From Leptolyngbyaceae cyanobacterium M33_DOE_097 (GTDB taxonomy: Bacteria > Cyanobacteriota > Cyanobacteriia > Leptolyngbyales > Leptolyngbyaceae): DNA of 64,000 nt. Position 1 is the first letter of the stretch; the number at the start of each line of letters is the position of its first letter. The position numbers were made by a program, and so were the translations under genes. The notes under the pieces were generated by a model. The model searched no databases. It saw nothing but the letters and a program-made list of their open reading frames with translations, and was not told where the DNA came from. This document shows positions 1-8,947 of this stretch, piece after piece. The DNA is taken from contig DVDV01000099.1 in the NCBI GenBank assembly GCA_015296075.1, positions 26,446 to 90,445 on the forward strand, read 5' to 3'.

Positions 1-320
1 GGCCCTGCCGGGACGGGCACAATCACTGGGCCGCCACCCCCGTAAGGCCGACTGGGCGACGAATAACCCCCTGAGTATCCCCCGCTGGGACGAGAGGATC
101 CACCCCCCGATGAAGGCCGACTGGGCGACGAACTGCGCGGCGACGAACGAAACGAACCGCCTCCTGCTCGTCCACCACTGCGTTGCGCGAAAGCGTCAGC
201 CCCCCAGGTCAGGCGAGTTGAGGTGAAAGCCGCTGGGGAAGTTGGCAGCCGCACACTCAAAGTGCTGGCCAGCAAGGTGCTGAGGGCGATCGCGCCCAAA
301 CGAATCACGGTGTTTCTCAT
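1..320 (-). CDS. Partial CDS (N-terminal part, continues past window start): signal-peptide protein with Gly/Ser/Pro-rich region, DUF1517-like
   Basis: Absent from the ORF track because it runs off the window edge. ATG at 320 (minus) opens a stop-free frame to nt 1: MRNTVIRLGAIALSTLLASTLSV...AQRSGGRAGGGSFRSSPRSSSPSRPSSGGGSSRPSGGYSGGYSSPSRPYGGGGPVIVPVPAG. It has a hydrophobic N-terminus, then an SGGRxGGGSFR motif as I recall for DUF1517. The 20-nt direct repeat aaggccgactgggcgacgaa (44-63, 113-132) encodes the repeated SSPSRP. Confidence 0.5.
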   Translation of the reverse strand, partial: MRNTVIRLGAIALSTLLASTLSVRLPTSPAAFTSTRLTWGADAFAQRSGGRAGGGSFRSSPRSSSPSRPSSGGGSSRPSGGYSGGYSSPSRPYGGGGPVIVPVPAG

Positions 321-395
321 AAGTTCTTGACGACAACGCACGCGACAGGCTCGACTTTATTTCTGTATCGGTTGCCCCCATTCTATCCAGGGTTG

Positions 396-1118
396 TCAAT
401 CTCTTGACGTTTCTGTTGCTTGGGAGGGATCCATTTCGAGTTGCCACTTGGCGTACAGATCTGGGCGGCGATCGCGCGTCCGTTGAATCTGCTGCTCTAA
501 ACGCCATTGAGCGATCGCGGCATGATTGCCCGATAGCAGCACAGGCGGCACCTCAAACCCGCGAAATTCAGGCGGACGGGTGTATTGCGGATAGTCGAGT
601 AGCCCTTCTTCAAAACTTTCTAGCTTGAGTGAGGCTTCTTTCCCCACAGTGCCCGGTAAGAGGCGGGTGACGCCATTAATCAGCGTTAACGCCGGAATTT
701 CGCCACAAGTGAGAACAAAATCCCCTAACGAAATCTCACGCGTTACCAGATTTAAAACTCGTTCATCAACTCCTTCATAATGTCCACATATAATCACCAA
801 TTGCTCACAATTCTCAGCAAATTGTTGGAACATTTTTTGGTGCATCGTCTCCCCTTGCGGGGTTGTTAAAATCACTTCTCGACGGGGCAAAACGGGTAAG
901 GATTCCACGGCTGCAAAGATCGGTTCTGGCTTGATCAACATGCCGACACCGCCGCCATACGGCTCGTCGTCAACTCGATGGTGCTTGTCTGTGGTGAAGT
1001 CACGCGGGTTTGTTAAATGGACGCTGGCAATCGCTTTTGCCAGGGCTTTACCCAGCAAACCAGACTGCAAAGGTGACGTAAAAAAATCGGGAAAGAGCGT
1101 GACAATATCGAAGCGCAT
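396..1118 (-). CDS. trmD: tRNA (guanine37-N1)-methyltransferase
   Basis: 240-aa ORF with MRFDIVTLFPDFF start and VDDEPYGGGVGM motif, both typical of TrmD. Confidence 0.95.
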   Translation of the reverse strand: MRFDIVTLFPDFFTSPLQSGLLGKALAKAIASVHLTNPRDFTTDKHHRVDDEPYGGGVGMLIKPEPIFAAVESLPVLPRREVILTTPQGETMHQKMFQQFAENCEQLVIICGHYEGVDERVLNLVTREISLGDFVLTCGEIPALTLINGVTRLLPGTVGKEASLKLESFEEGLLDYPQYTRPPEFRGFEVPPVLLSGNHAAIAQWRLEQQIQRTRDRRPDLYAKWQLEMDPSQATETSRD

Positions 1119-1453
1119 GGAAGAAAAAGGGATTAGGATTTTTTACAATTAAGCAAAGGTTCTTTGAGGGAATCTGAGATGATCAAGACAAGGGTATTGT
1201 CTAGAATGACAGCCTCTGACTATATAATTATTCGGGCGTGTGCGAAGTTGTTATAACGTCTACCCCCTTTGCTCGTCTGCTTGCTTATGCCTCTGCTTAA
1301 TTTTTATCCCATTCAATGCAGTGGTCAGGTGCACACATGAACAGGAGTAGTGTCCCCACTTCGGTCATTCGCTGGCTGGAGCGCCTTTTGCATGTTCCGA
1401 GCGATGGGAAAACGGCACCGCCTAGCTTAGAGAGTCAGCTTTTTGGAGAGAAA

Positions 1454-2278
1454 ATGCCCCAGTCAACAAAAACCGCCATTCTGATTATTGGGGGTGCGGA
1501 AGACAAGGTGCATGGGCGGGAGATTTTGCACAATTTCTTCGTCCGTTCGGGTTCGACAGACGCACGCATTGCCATTATCCCTTCTGCTTCCCGGGAGCCT
1601 GCCATTATCGGCGATCGCTACCGCACGATCTTTGAAGACATGGGCGCTAAAGGCATTGAGGTGCTTGACATTCAAGACCGTGAGCAGTGCAATGATGCGC
1701 TCATGCAGAGTTATGTCGAAAATTGCACGGGCGTCTTTATGACGGGAGGTGACCAACTCCGGTTGTGTAGCTTATTGGCAGATACCCCCATCATGAACAA
1801 AATTCGAGAACGGGCGCAACGGGGTGAGATTACGCTAGCCGGAACGAGTGCGGGTGCTGCCGTGATGGGCTATTACATGATTGCCGGAGGGGGGAGTGGC
1901 GAATCTCCCAATCGGTCCTTGGTTGACATCACAACGGGCTTAGGCATTATTCCAGAATTAGTCGTTGACCAGCATTTTCACAACCGCAATCGAATGGCGC
2001 GGCTCCTCAGTGCGATCGCGGCACATCCCGACCGGGTTGGGCTGGGCATTGATGAAGACACCTGTGCCTTGTTTGAAGGCGATGGCTCGTTTGAAGTCAT
2101 CGGCAGAGGCTCAGTGACCGTTGTAGACCCGGCTCAAATGTCTCACAGTAATTATGCTGAAACAGGTCCGTCTGACCCGATTAGCATTTGTAGCCTCAAG
2201 TTACATATTTTATGTCACGGAGGTCGCTATGATCTTCGTAAGCGAAAACCACTCGTTGGTAACCAAACGGTTTCCTAA
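1454..2278 (+). CDS. cphB: Cyanophycinase
   Basis: AILIIGGAEDKVHGREIL, GTSAGAAVMG (catalytic Ser) and VVDQHFHNRNRMARL motifs. The ORF opens at 1316, but ATG 1454 (MPQSTKTAILIIGG) has a GGAGAG RBS 8 nt upstream and gives the usual ~274 aa. Confidence 0.9.
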   Translation: MPQSTKTAILIIGGAEDKVHGREILHNFFVRSGSTDARIAIIPSASREPAIIGDRYRTIFEDMGAKGIEVLDIQDREQCNDALMQSYVENCTGVFMTGGDQLRLCSLLADTPIMNKIRERAQRGEITLAGTSAGAAVMGYYMIAGGGSGESPNRSLVDITTGLGIIPELVVDQHFHNRNRMARLLSAIAAHPDRVGLGIDEDTCALFEGDGSFEVIGRGSVTVVDPAQMSHSNYAETGPSDPISICSLKLHILCHGGRYDLRKRKPLVGNQTVS

Positions 2279-2500
2279 CTGGTGCGTCAATCTCAGCTCT
2301 GGTTACTGCTTTAGCCCCAACTCAGTCTTTCTAGTTTCAAGGTTTTGCCTAACTCTCTCAAACAAAACTGTTCACTGTGGACAGTTCGCGATGCATTTAG
2401 GGCTTGAAACTAGGATGTTGCTTTTCTTAAGCCCCTTACCCTTAGATTAAGTCGGCAAGCACTACCTGTAACTCTCGGTCGGATTTTCTCGAATAGCATC

Positions 2501-5269
2501 ATGAGAATACTTAAAGTTCAGACATTGCGCGGCCCGAATTACTGGAGCATTCGACGTCACAAGTTGATTGTTATGCGGTTAGACCTGGAAGAGTTGGCAG
2601 AGAAACCCTCTGACCAAATTGCCGGGTTTTACGAGGGGTTGCAGCAAGTATTGCCAAGCCTGGTTGAGCATTATTGCTCTCCGGGGTGCCGGGGCGGTTT
2701 TTTGAGCCGGGTGCAAGAAGGCACGATGATGGGTCACATTGTTGAGCATGTCGCTCTAGAGTTACAAACTCTGGCAGGTATGCCAACTGGCTTTGGTCGT
2801 ACCCGCGAAACGGCAAACTCAGGCGTGTATCAGGTCGTCTACGAGTATATGGATGAGCAAGCCGGTCGTTACGCTGGGCGTGCAGCTGTTCGCCTCTGCC
2901 AGAGCGTTATTGACACAGGCGGCTATCCACAAGAAGAACTTGAGCAAGACATTCGAGATCTGCGCGAGATGTGGGCCGATGCGTCGCTGGGGCCAAGTAC
3001 CGAGGCGATTGTTAAAGAAGCGGAAGCACGAGGTATTCCCTGGACTCAACTCAGCGCCCGCTCGATGCTGCAATTGGGCTATGGGGTCCACCAAAAGCGG
3101 TTGCAGGCGACTCAAACTAGCTACACAGGCATTTTGGCCCTGGAGTTGGCGTGCGACAAAGAAGGCACCAAACGTATTTTGGGTGACTCAGGTGTACCCG
3201 TACCACGTGGCACGGTGATTGCCTACCTCGACGAGTTAGAAGAGGCGATCGCGGATGTCGGTGGCTACCCGATTGTGATCAAACCGTTAGATGGCAATCA
3301 TGGGCGTGGCATCACCATTGACATCAACACATGGGAAGAGGCCGAGGCTGCTTATGACGCGGCTCGTGAAGTGTCTCGCGATGTGATTGTTGAGCGATTT
3401 TACCGGGGCCGTGACCACCGCGTTTTGGTTGTGAACGGTAAAGTTGTTGCGGTTGCCGAACGTGTTCCTGCCCATGTCGTAGGGGATGGGCGCTCAACGG
3501 TTGAAGAACTGATTGATCGAACTAATCAAGACCCACGGCGCGGTGACGGTCACGCGAATGTGCTGACCAAAATCGTGATGGATCGCACCAGTTGGCAATT
3601 GCTAGAGAAGCAAGGCTATACGATTGATTCGGTGCTGCCAGAAGGGCAAGTTTGCTACCTGCGGGCGACAGCGAACCTTAGCACTGGTGGTATTGCGGTC
3701 GATCGCACGGATGAGATTCACCCTGAAAACGTCTGGCTGGCGGAGCGGATCGTTAAAATTATTGGCTTAGATATTGCGGGTATTGATATTGTCACGACAG
3801 ATATTTCTAAGCCGCTCCGCGAAGTCGATGGGGTGGTGGTAGAAGTAAATGCGGCTCCCGGATTCCGAATGCATGTCAGCCCTAGCGTGGGCATTCCTCG
3901 TAATGTGGCTGAACCTGTAATTGATATGCTGTTTCCGCATGGAACGGCTAGCCGTGTGCCGATCATTGCGCTGACCGGGACAAATGGCAAAACCACCACT
4001 ACCCGCCTGGTAGCCCACATCTTCAAGCAAACAGGGCAAATCGTGGGTTACACCACCACCGATGGCACCTACATTGGCGATTACCTGGTTGAGCCAGGTG
4101 ATAACACTGGGCCACAAAGTGCCAACCTGATTTTGCAAGACCCCACCGTTGAAGTGGCGGTGCTAGAAAGTGCGAGAGGCGGTATCTTGCGATCGGGTCT
4201 GGCGTTTGACGCGTGTGATGTTGGGGTGGTCTTAAATGTGGCTGCTGATCACCTGGGTTTAGGCGATATCAATACGATTGAGCAAATGGCCCGCGTGAAA
4301 AGCGTTGTGGCTGAAGCCGTACTTCCCAAGGGGTATGCTGTGCTGAATGCGGATGACCCGTTAGTGGTCAACATGGCAGAGCGCGTTAAGGCTCAAATTG
4401 CCTACTTCTCAATGAATCCTGACAATCCTGTGATTCAAAATCACACTAAGCAGGGTGGTCTAGCGGCGGTGTATGAGAGTGGCTATCTCTCGATCTTAAA
4501 GGGCGACTGGACGCTGCGGATTGAGCAGGCGGTAAATGTGCCCCTCACGATGGCAGGCCGCGCTCCTTTCATGATTGCGAATGCACTGGCTGCAAGCTTA
4601 GCTGCGTTTGCCCACGGTGTGCGGATTGAAGATATTCGGGCGGCATTAGCCACCTTCCGCGCCTCGACCGACCAAACTCCCGGACGGATGAACCTGGTCA
4701 ACCTGGGTAAATTCCATGCGCTGGTCGATTATGCGCACAATCCCCACAGTTACGAGGCTTTGGGTGGATTTGTGCGAAACTGGCCGGGTGAACGGATTGG
4801 GGTCGTTGGGGGGCCAGGCGATCGCCGCGATGAAGACTTTGTCACCTTGGGTAAGCTCTCAGCCCAAATGTTTGACCGCATCATTGTCAAGGAAGATGAT
4901 GATAATCGCGGTCGGACCCGAGGAGATGCGGCACGACTCATTTCAGAAGGGATTGAATCGATCAATCGTCAGTTTCCCTATGAAGTGGTTTTAGACGAGA
5001 CAACTGCGGTTCAAACGGCGCTTGGGTCAGCTTCGCTCAATAGCTTGGTGGTTGTTTTACCCGAAAGTGTTAGTCGAGCGATTAAGCTGATTGAGTCCTA
5101 TCAACCTGCCAGCCCGCCTGCATCAAATGGTTCACCTGCGGTCACGCCAGATGTGGCTGTGGGCGAAGTTGTGCCCGCAGCGGAAGTGGCTCCGGCTGAG
5201 GTGACGACTCCGGTTGAGCCTGAGATGACACAACCTGTTGAGTATGTGACTCGCATATCCGGTACCTAG
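2501..5269 (+). CDS. cphA: Cyanophycin synthetase
   Basis: 922 aa. MRILKVQTLRGPNYWS start, ATP-grasp region and a Mur-ligase-like half with P-loop ALTGTNGKTTTTRL. Sits directly downstream of cphB. The C-terminal ~50 aa is a low-complexity Pro/Ala/Val/Glu tail. Confidence 0.95.
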   Translation: MRILKVQTLRGPNYWSIRRHKLIVMRLDLEELAEKPSDQIAGFYEGLQQVLPSLVEHYCSPGCRGGFLSRVQEGTMMGHIVEHVALELQTLAGMPTGFGRTRETANSGVYQVVYEYMDEQAGRYAGRAAVRLCQSVIDTGGYPQEELEQDIRDLREMWADASLGPSTEAIVKEAEARGIPWTQLSARSMLQLGYGVHQKRLQATQTSYTGILALELACDKEGTKRILGDSGVPVPRGTVIAYLDELEEAIADVGGYPIVIKPLDGNHGRGITIDINTWEEAEAAYDAAREVSRDVIVERFYRGRDHRVLVVNGKVVAVAERVPAHVVGDGRSTVEELIDRTNQDPRRGDGHANVLTKIVMDRTSWQLLEKQGYTIDSVLPEGQVCYLRATANLSTGGIAVDRTDEIHPENVWLAERIVKIIGLDIAGIDIVTTDISKPLREVDGVVVEVNAAPGFRMHVSPSVGIPRNVAEPVIDMLFPHGTASRVPIIALTGTNGKTTTTRLVAHIFKQTGQIVGYTTTDGTYIGDYLVEPGDNTGPQSANLILQDPTVEVAVLESARGGILRSGLAFDACDVGVVLNVAADHLGLGDINTIEQMARVKSVVAEAVLPKGYAVLNADDPLVVNMAERVKAQIAYFSMNPDNPVIQNHTKQGGLAAVYESGYLSILKGDWTLRIEQAVNVPLTMAGRAPFMIANALAASLAAFAHGVRIEDIRAALATFRASTDQTPGRMNLVNLGKFHALVDYAHNPHSYEALGGFVRNWPGERIGVVGGPGDRRDEDFVTLGKLSAQMFDRIIVKEDDDNRGRTRGDAARLISEGIESINRQFPYEVVLDETTAVQTALGSASLNSLVVVLPESVSRAIKLIESYQPASPPASNGSPAVTPDVAVGEVVPAAEVAPAEVTTPVEPEMTQPVEYVTRISGT

Positions 5270-5633
5270 ACCCAATCTAGACGCTATACCAGTTTCAATT
5301 GAGAAAGCGACAAAGCTCACGCCGAACCGAGCCGCCTCACTCCCCTGATGCTACGTTGAGAGTACATCTCCGCAGGGGATTAGGGGGATGGTGGAGTTTG
5401 GGGGAGGTTTGGCTGTCGCGATCGCCAATCAAAGCCATAGTCATCCTAGTTAGGACAGGGTGCAGAGGCTTCAACTGAGTCTCAACCCCTACACTTCCAC
5501 GCTTCCACTCTCCATCCTGCCAATCTCCTAAGCCACTTGGCGACAGCTATAAGTCGGTATTTCTATTCCCGGTGCTGAGTTCGTTGAGCGTGGCTTTGGT
5601 GTGTCAGCAACCGGGAGTTTGGGTTGAGTGTGA

Positions 5634-6149
5634 CTAGGCAAACAGTTGGTTTGAGAGGCGATCGGCATCTGCAACCAGCTTCTCAGTTGCAGGAGTTTTT
5701 GTGCCGTTGAGGGCAACTTGCAAGGCCGGGAGGTTCTCATGCAGTTGCTCGACGAGCCTTTGCACCTGGTTGGCAAAGTCAGCGTCTTGATTCATCTGAC
5801 GCAAAATCTCAGTTTTATACGCTTGCAGGTGCAATGGGTTAGGGTCGGCTTGAGCCAGTGTCAAAGCGACTTCGGTGTGGGTCGATTTCAGCTTGCTTGC
5901 AACCTGCTGGCGCAACTCCTGCAAAATCGCTTGGTTGTCAGCACTCAGCGTAACAGCGGCTCTTGTAGACAACTGATGGACAAGCGGCGGCAACGTGTAG
6001 GTCGCAACTGCATCGATCACCGAAGCATCCCGCACGACGGTCGCTTCATCAACCTCTGGTCTATCCGTAGATGGCTGGTTTTGAGCAGGTGTTTTGGGCT
6101 GAAAGTATTTACCAAAAGAATTCGCAAGTTGGGATAAACGCTCAACCAT
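5634..6149 (-). CDS. Hypothetical protein (helical, no recognised domain)
   Basis: 171-aa ORF that fills the gap between cphA and pilD. The overlapping plus-strand ORF 5718..6137 has a less protein-like composition. No motif recognised. Confidence 0.45.
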   Translation of the reverse strand: MVERLSQLANSFGKYFQPKTPAQNQPSTDRPEVDEATVVRDASVIDAVATYTLPPLVHQLSTRAAVTLSADNQAILQELRQQVASKLKSTHTEVALTLAQADPNPLHLQAYKTEILRQMNQDADFANQVQRLVEQLHENLPALQVALNGTKTPATEKLVADADRLSNQLFA

Positions 6150-6369
6150 GATTTAGACTCCTAATCTGACTAAAACGGGGTCGAGCCTGTGCCATCGTTA
6201 CCGAACCTGCGAGCATCGACCTTCTGTTTCAGTCTGCCGTAGGGGAGCGATCGCCGCCTACTCAAAACCGTGGTAGAAAACCGATGGTAGAAGTGGGCAT
6301 TTCAACCCCCATTAAAGAATGAACCTGATGTGATGGCGATCGCGTTGGCTGGGGTATGCTGCTGGTTAT

Positions 6370-7197
6370 ATGGAAACCTTTCTGACTCTTTTCATCACTG
6401 TCATTGTGTTTGCCCTCGGCGCGGCGATCGGCAGCTTTTTAAATGTAGTGGTCTATCGTTTGCCTGCGGGCCTGTCCCTACTCTATCCGCCTTCCCGCTG
6501 TCCTAAATGTTTGCACCCCCTCCGGGCGCGAGAAAATGTGCCCGTTTTGGGCTGGCTTTGGCTGCGTGGCCGTTGTGCCCATTGCAAAACCAAAATTTCG
6601 GCTCGTTATCCAACAGTTGAGGCGGTGACGGGGCTTTTGTTTGTGCTGGTGTTTGGGTTATTTGGCGTTTCCTGGCAGACCATTGGCTACTGGACTTTCT
6701 TTGCGTGGCTGGTCGCACTCGCGTTGATTGACCTCGACACGATGACCTTACCGGATCCGTTGACCCAATCGGGGCTAGTGGTTGGTTTGGCTTACCAGGC
6801 GATCGCGGGTTGGCAGACCACAGGGAGCTGGGTGGGAGCCATCCAATATTTAGTGGGAGGCGTGATCGGTGCGGTGCTGGGCATCTGGCTGCTGGATGGG
6901 ATCGCCCTCGTCGCTTCCGTCGCTCTGGGCCAAACCGCGATGGGGGCTGGGGATGCCAAATTAGCTGCCATGATGGGCACCTGGCTCGGTTGGAAGTTGC
7001 TGCTACTGGCTGGCTTACTGGCCTGTGGGCTGGGTGCAGTGATTGGGGTGGGCGCAATCACGCTGGGTCTGCTACGGCGGCGTCAAGCCATGCCGTTTGG
7101 GCCGTTTTTAGCTTTAGGCGCGATCGCGGCAGCACTGTGGGGCGATCGCGTTCTCAGCTTCTATTTCAGCCTTTTTACCAGCAATCCTGGTTTATAA
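6370..7197 (+). CDS. pilD: Prepilin peptidase / N-methyltransferase (A24 family)
   Basis: Cys pairs CPKC...CAHC, RYPTVE, GAGDAKL catalytic-Asp motif, multiple TM segments. Confidence 0.9.
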   Translation: METFLTLFITVIVFALGAAIGSFLNVVVYRLPAGLSLLYPPSRCPKCLHPLRARENVPVLGWLWLRGRCAHCKTKISARYPTVEAVTGLLFVLVFGLFGVSWQTIGYWTFFAWLVALALIDLDTMTLPDPLTQSGLVVGLAYQAIAGWQTTGSWVGAIQYLVGGVIGAVLGIWLLDGIALVASVALGQTAMGAGDAKLAAMMGTWLGWKLLLLAGLLACGLGAVIGVGAITLGLLRRRQAMPFGPFLALGAIAAALWGDRVLSFYFSLFTSNPGL

Positions 7198-7255
7198 GAC
7201 TCCCAACTTTTGGCTAGCTGGAATAAGTGGGTTGGCAATTTGAGCTGAAGCCAGC

Positions 7256-8527
7256 TTACGGCTGCGATCGCGCCGCCACTTGCGCCAACAGCGGTTTGCG
7301 ACCGAGCAGCCCGACCATTAGCTTCAGTGCCAACACCTTCATCAACGGCACGTGCCGCATCACAAACAAACCCATGCGACGGGCGACAACCAACGGCAAC
7401 CAGTTATTTGAAAAGGTGCGATTGAGAATATCTGTGAAGCCCAAAATCGTGAGGTTTTCTAGATTCCGCCAGCGCTCGTAGCGACGTAACACACGCAGTG
7501 AACCAATATCTTCCTGGCGCTGGTGAGCCGCCACTAACACCTCTGCCAGCGCTGCCGCATCCCGAAAGCCCATATTCACGCCTTGCCCCCCCACCGGATG
7601 GCAACAGTGGGCGGCATCTCCAATCAGCGCCAGTCGAGGTTGCACATACTGGCGGCTATGCTGCAACTGCACTGGAAAAACGTAGCGATCGCCGACCAAT
7701 TCCAGGTTTCCCATCTGATCGCCATAGCGCTGCTGCAAGCGTTGCATAAATTGCTCTGGTTCCAGGTTCAAGATCGCTTCTGCTTCTGCTTTGGGGGCTG
7801 TCCAAACAATGCGGCAGAGGTTGTCAGGCAGTGGCAAAATGGCAAACGGACCTTCCGGTTGAAAGCGCTCGTAGGCCGTGTTTTGGTGCGACTTCTCTGG
7901 TCGAATAAACGCCACGACACAGGCTTGCCAATATTGCCAACCTACAGTACGAATTCCGGCAGTGTGGCGAATGGGCGATCGCGCCCCATCTGCTGCTACC
8001 AACAACTGAGTCTTAATTTGCTGGAGTTGCCCGTCTTGGCGAACCGTTAGATAAACAGCATCGGCCTGATAATCGGTTTCGACCAGCTCCACCGGACACA
8101 GGTAAGTCACATTTGGACACTCTTGTAAAAACTCTCTCAGAGCCGAAAGCAGCACCCCATGTTTAGCAACATAGCCAAGCGCCTCTGTCTGCAAATCGGG
8201 CTGCACAAATGAGACGACCTGCGGTGACGCCCCATCTGACAGGCGAATCTGCTCAATGGGATTGACCTGGGGGCGCATCTTCTCCCAGACACCAATGCCC
8301 TGAAAAATGCGACTGGCCAACAAATTTACGTGGTATGCCTGCCCCTTTGAAGCCGCGATCGATGCTTCGCGAGCTTCAATCACAGCCACTCGCAAGCCTG
8401 ACTGCTTCAGCGCCGTTGCGAAGGTTAACCCGACCAGGCCACCACCCACTACTGTGATGTCGTAATCAAAAGAGGGAAGGGCAGATACTGAGCTTTTAAG
8501 TTGGGGCTGGCGCGTTGCAGTAGGCAT
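7256..8527 (-). CDS. FAD-dependent monooxygenase, UbiH/UbiF/Coq6 family
   Basis: ITVVGGGLVGL (GxGxxG) and GDAAHCCHPVGGQGVNMG motifs. The track ORF extends to 8677, but that extension reads into the repeat array. ATG at 8527 (MPTATRQP...) is the plausible start. Confidence 0.85.
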   Translation of the reverse strand: MPTATRQPQLKSSVSALPSFDYDITVVGGGLVGLTFATALKQSGLRVAVIEAREASIAASKGQAYHVNLLASRIFQGIGVWEKMRPQVNPIEQIRLSDGASPQVVSFVQPDLQTEALGYVAKHGVLLSALREFLQECPNVTYLCPVELVETDYQADAVYLTVRQDGQLQQIKTQLLVAADGARSPIRHTAGIRTVGWQYWQACVVAFIRPEKSHQNTAYERFQPEGPFAILPLPDNLCRIVWTAPKAEAEAILNLEPEQFMQRLQQRYGDQMGNLELVGDRYVFPVQLQHSRQYVQPRLALIGDAAHCCHPVGGQGVNMGFRDAAALAEVLVAAHQRQEDIGSLRVLRRYERWRNLENLTILGFTDILNRTFSNNWLPLVVARRMGLFVMRHVPLMKVLALKLMVGLLGRKPLLAQVAARSQP

Positions 8528-8639
8528 GGAGTAAGGTTTAGCAAGCCAAAGTTTTGTTACAACTTTATTCTGACGCGATCGCGCCTCGAAATTCAAGCTC
8601 AGTATCAATTTCCTGGTGTTGCTGAGGGGCGATAGGATT

Positions 8640-8880
8640 GTCGGATGGGCATTTTCCCAGTAGGGGCGTTTGGCCAAACGCCCTTACCGAGTATCTGTAT
8701 GCGATTAGTAGCGCCCAAGGTTCTGGATACCAAACGCCCTTGGGTTATTTCCCCAGTAGGGGCGTTTGGCCAAACGCCCTTACCGAGTATCTGTATGCGA
8801 TTAGCACCGCCCAAGGTTTTAGATGCCAAACGCCCTTACAGAGCATCTATGTGCGATTAGCAGCCCCAACAACCTGCCTG
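8640..8880. repeat. Intergenic tandem repeat array with palindromic core gggcgtttggccaaacgccc
   Basis: The identical 27-mer taggggcgtttggccaaacgcccttac occurs at 8661-8687 and 8757-8783 (96-nt spacing). Half-copies ccaaacgccctt start at 8730 and 8826 (spacings 56/40/56). The 20-nt perfect palindrome lies at 8664-8683. Confidence 0.85.
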
Positions 8881-8947
8881 GTTTCAGGCAGCCGAGGAAG
8901 ATATGTTTTTCTGTGAGACGTGGTAAACACAGGGCGAAAAGCCGCGC

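Noticed and set aside
196-507. 103-aa minus-strand ORF overlapping the 3' end of trmD.
   Set aside because: It overlaps trmD by 112 nt. It is in a different frame from the better-supported DUF1517-like partial CDS (1..320), and its composition is not protein-like.
1316-1453. N-terminal ORF extensions in the track: cphB 1316, monooxygenase 8677, WD40 22951, uppS 28632, cytochrome b561 34974, MATE 35817, HD 42600, rbcX 60578, rbcS 61075.
   Set aside because: The internal start codons give canonical N-termini and lengths, often with an RBS. The extensions overlap terminators, repeats or neighbouring genes.
8605-8916. ORFs 8605..8829(-), 8638..8916(+), 8645..8860(+), plus 61438..61626(-) and 61442..61660(-), which encode internally repetitive peptides.
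   Set aside because: They are read-throughs of the palindromic repeat arrays. The same peptide words recur on both strands because the core is a palindrome.
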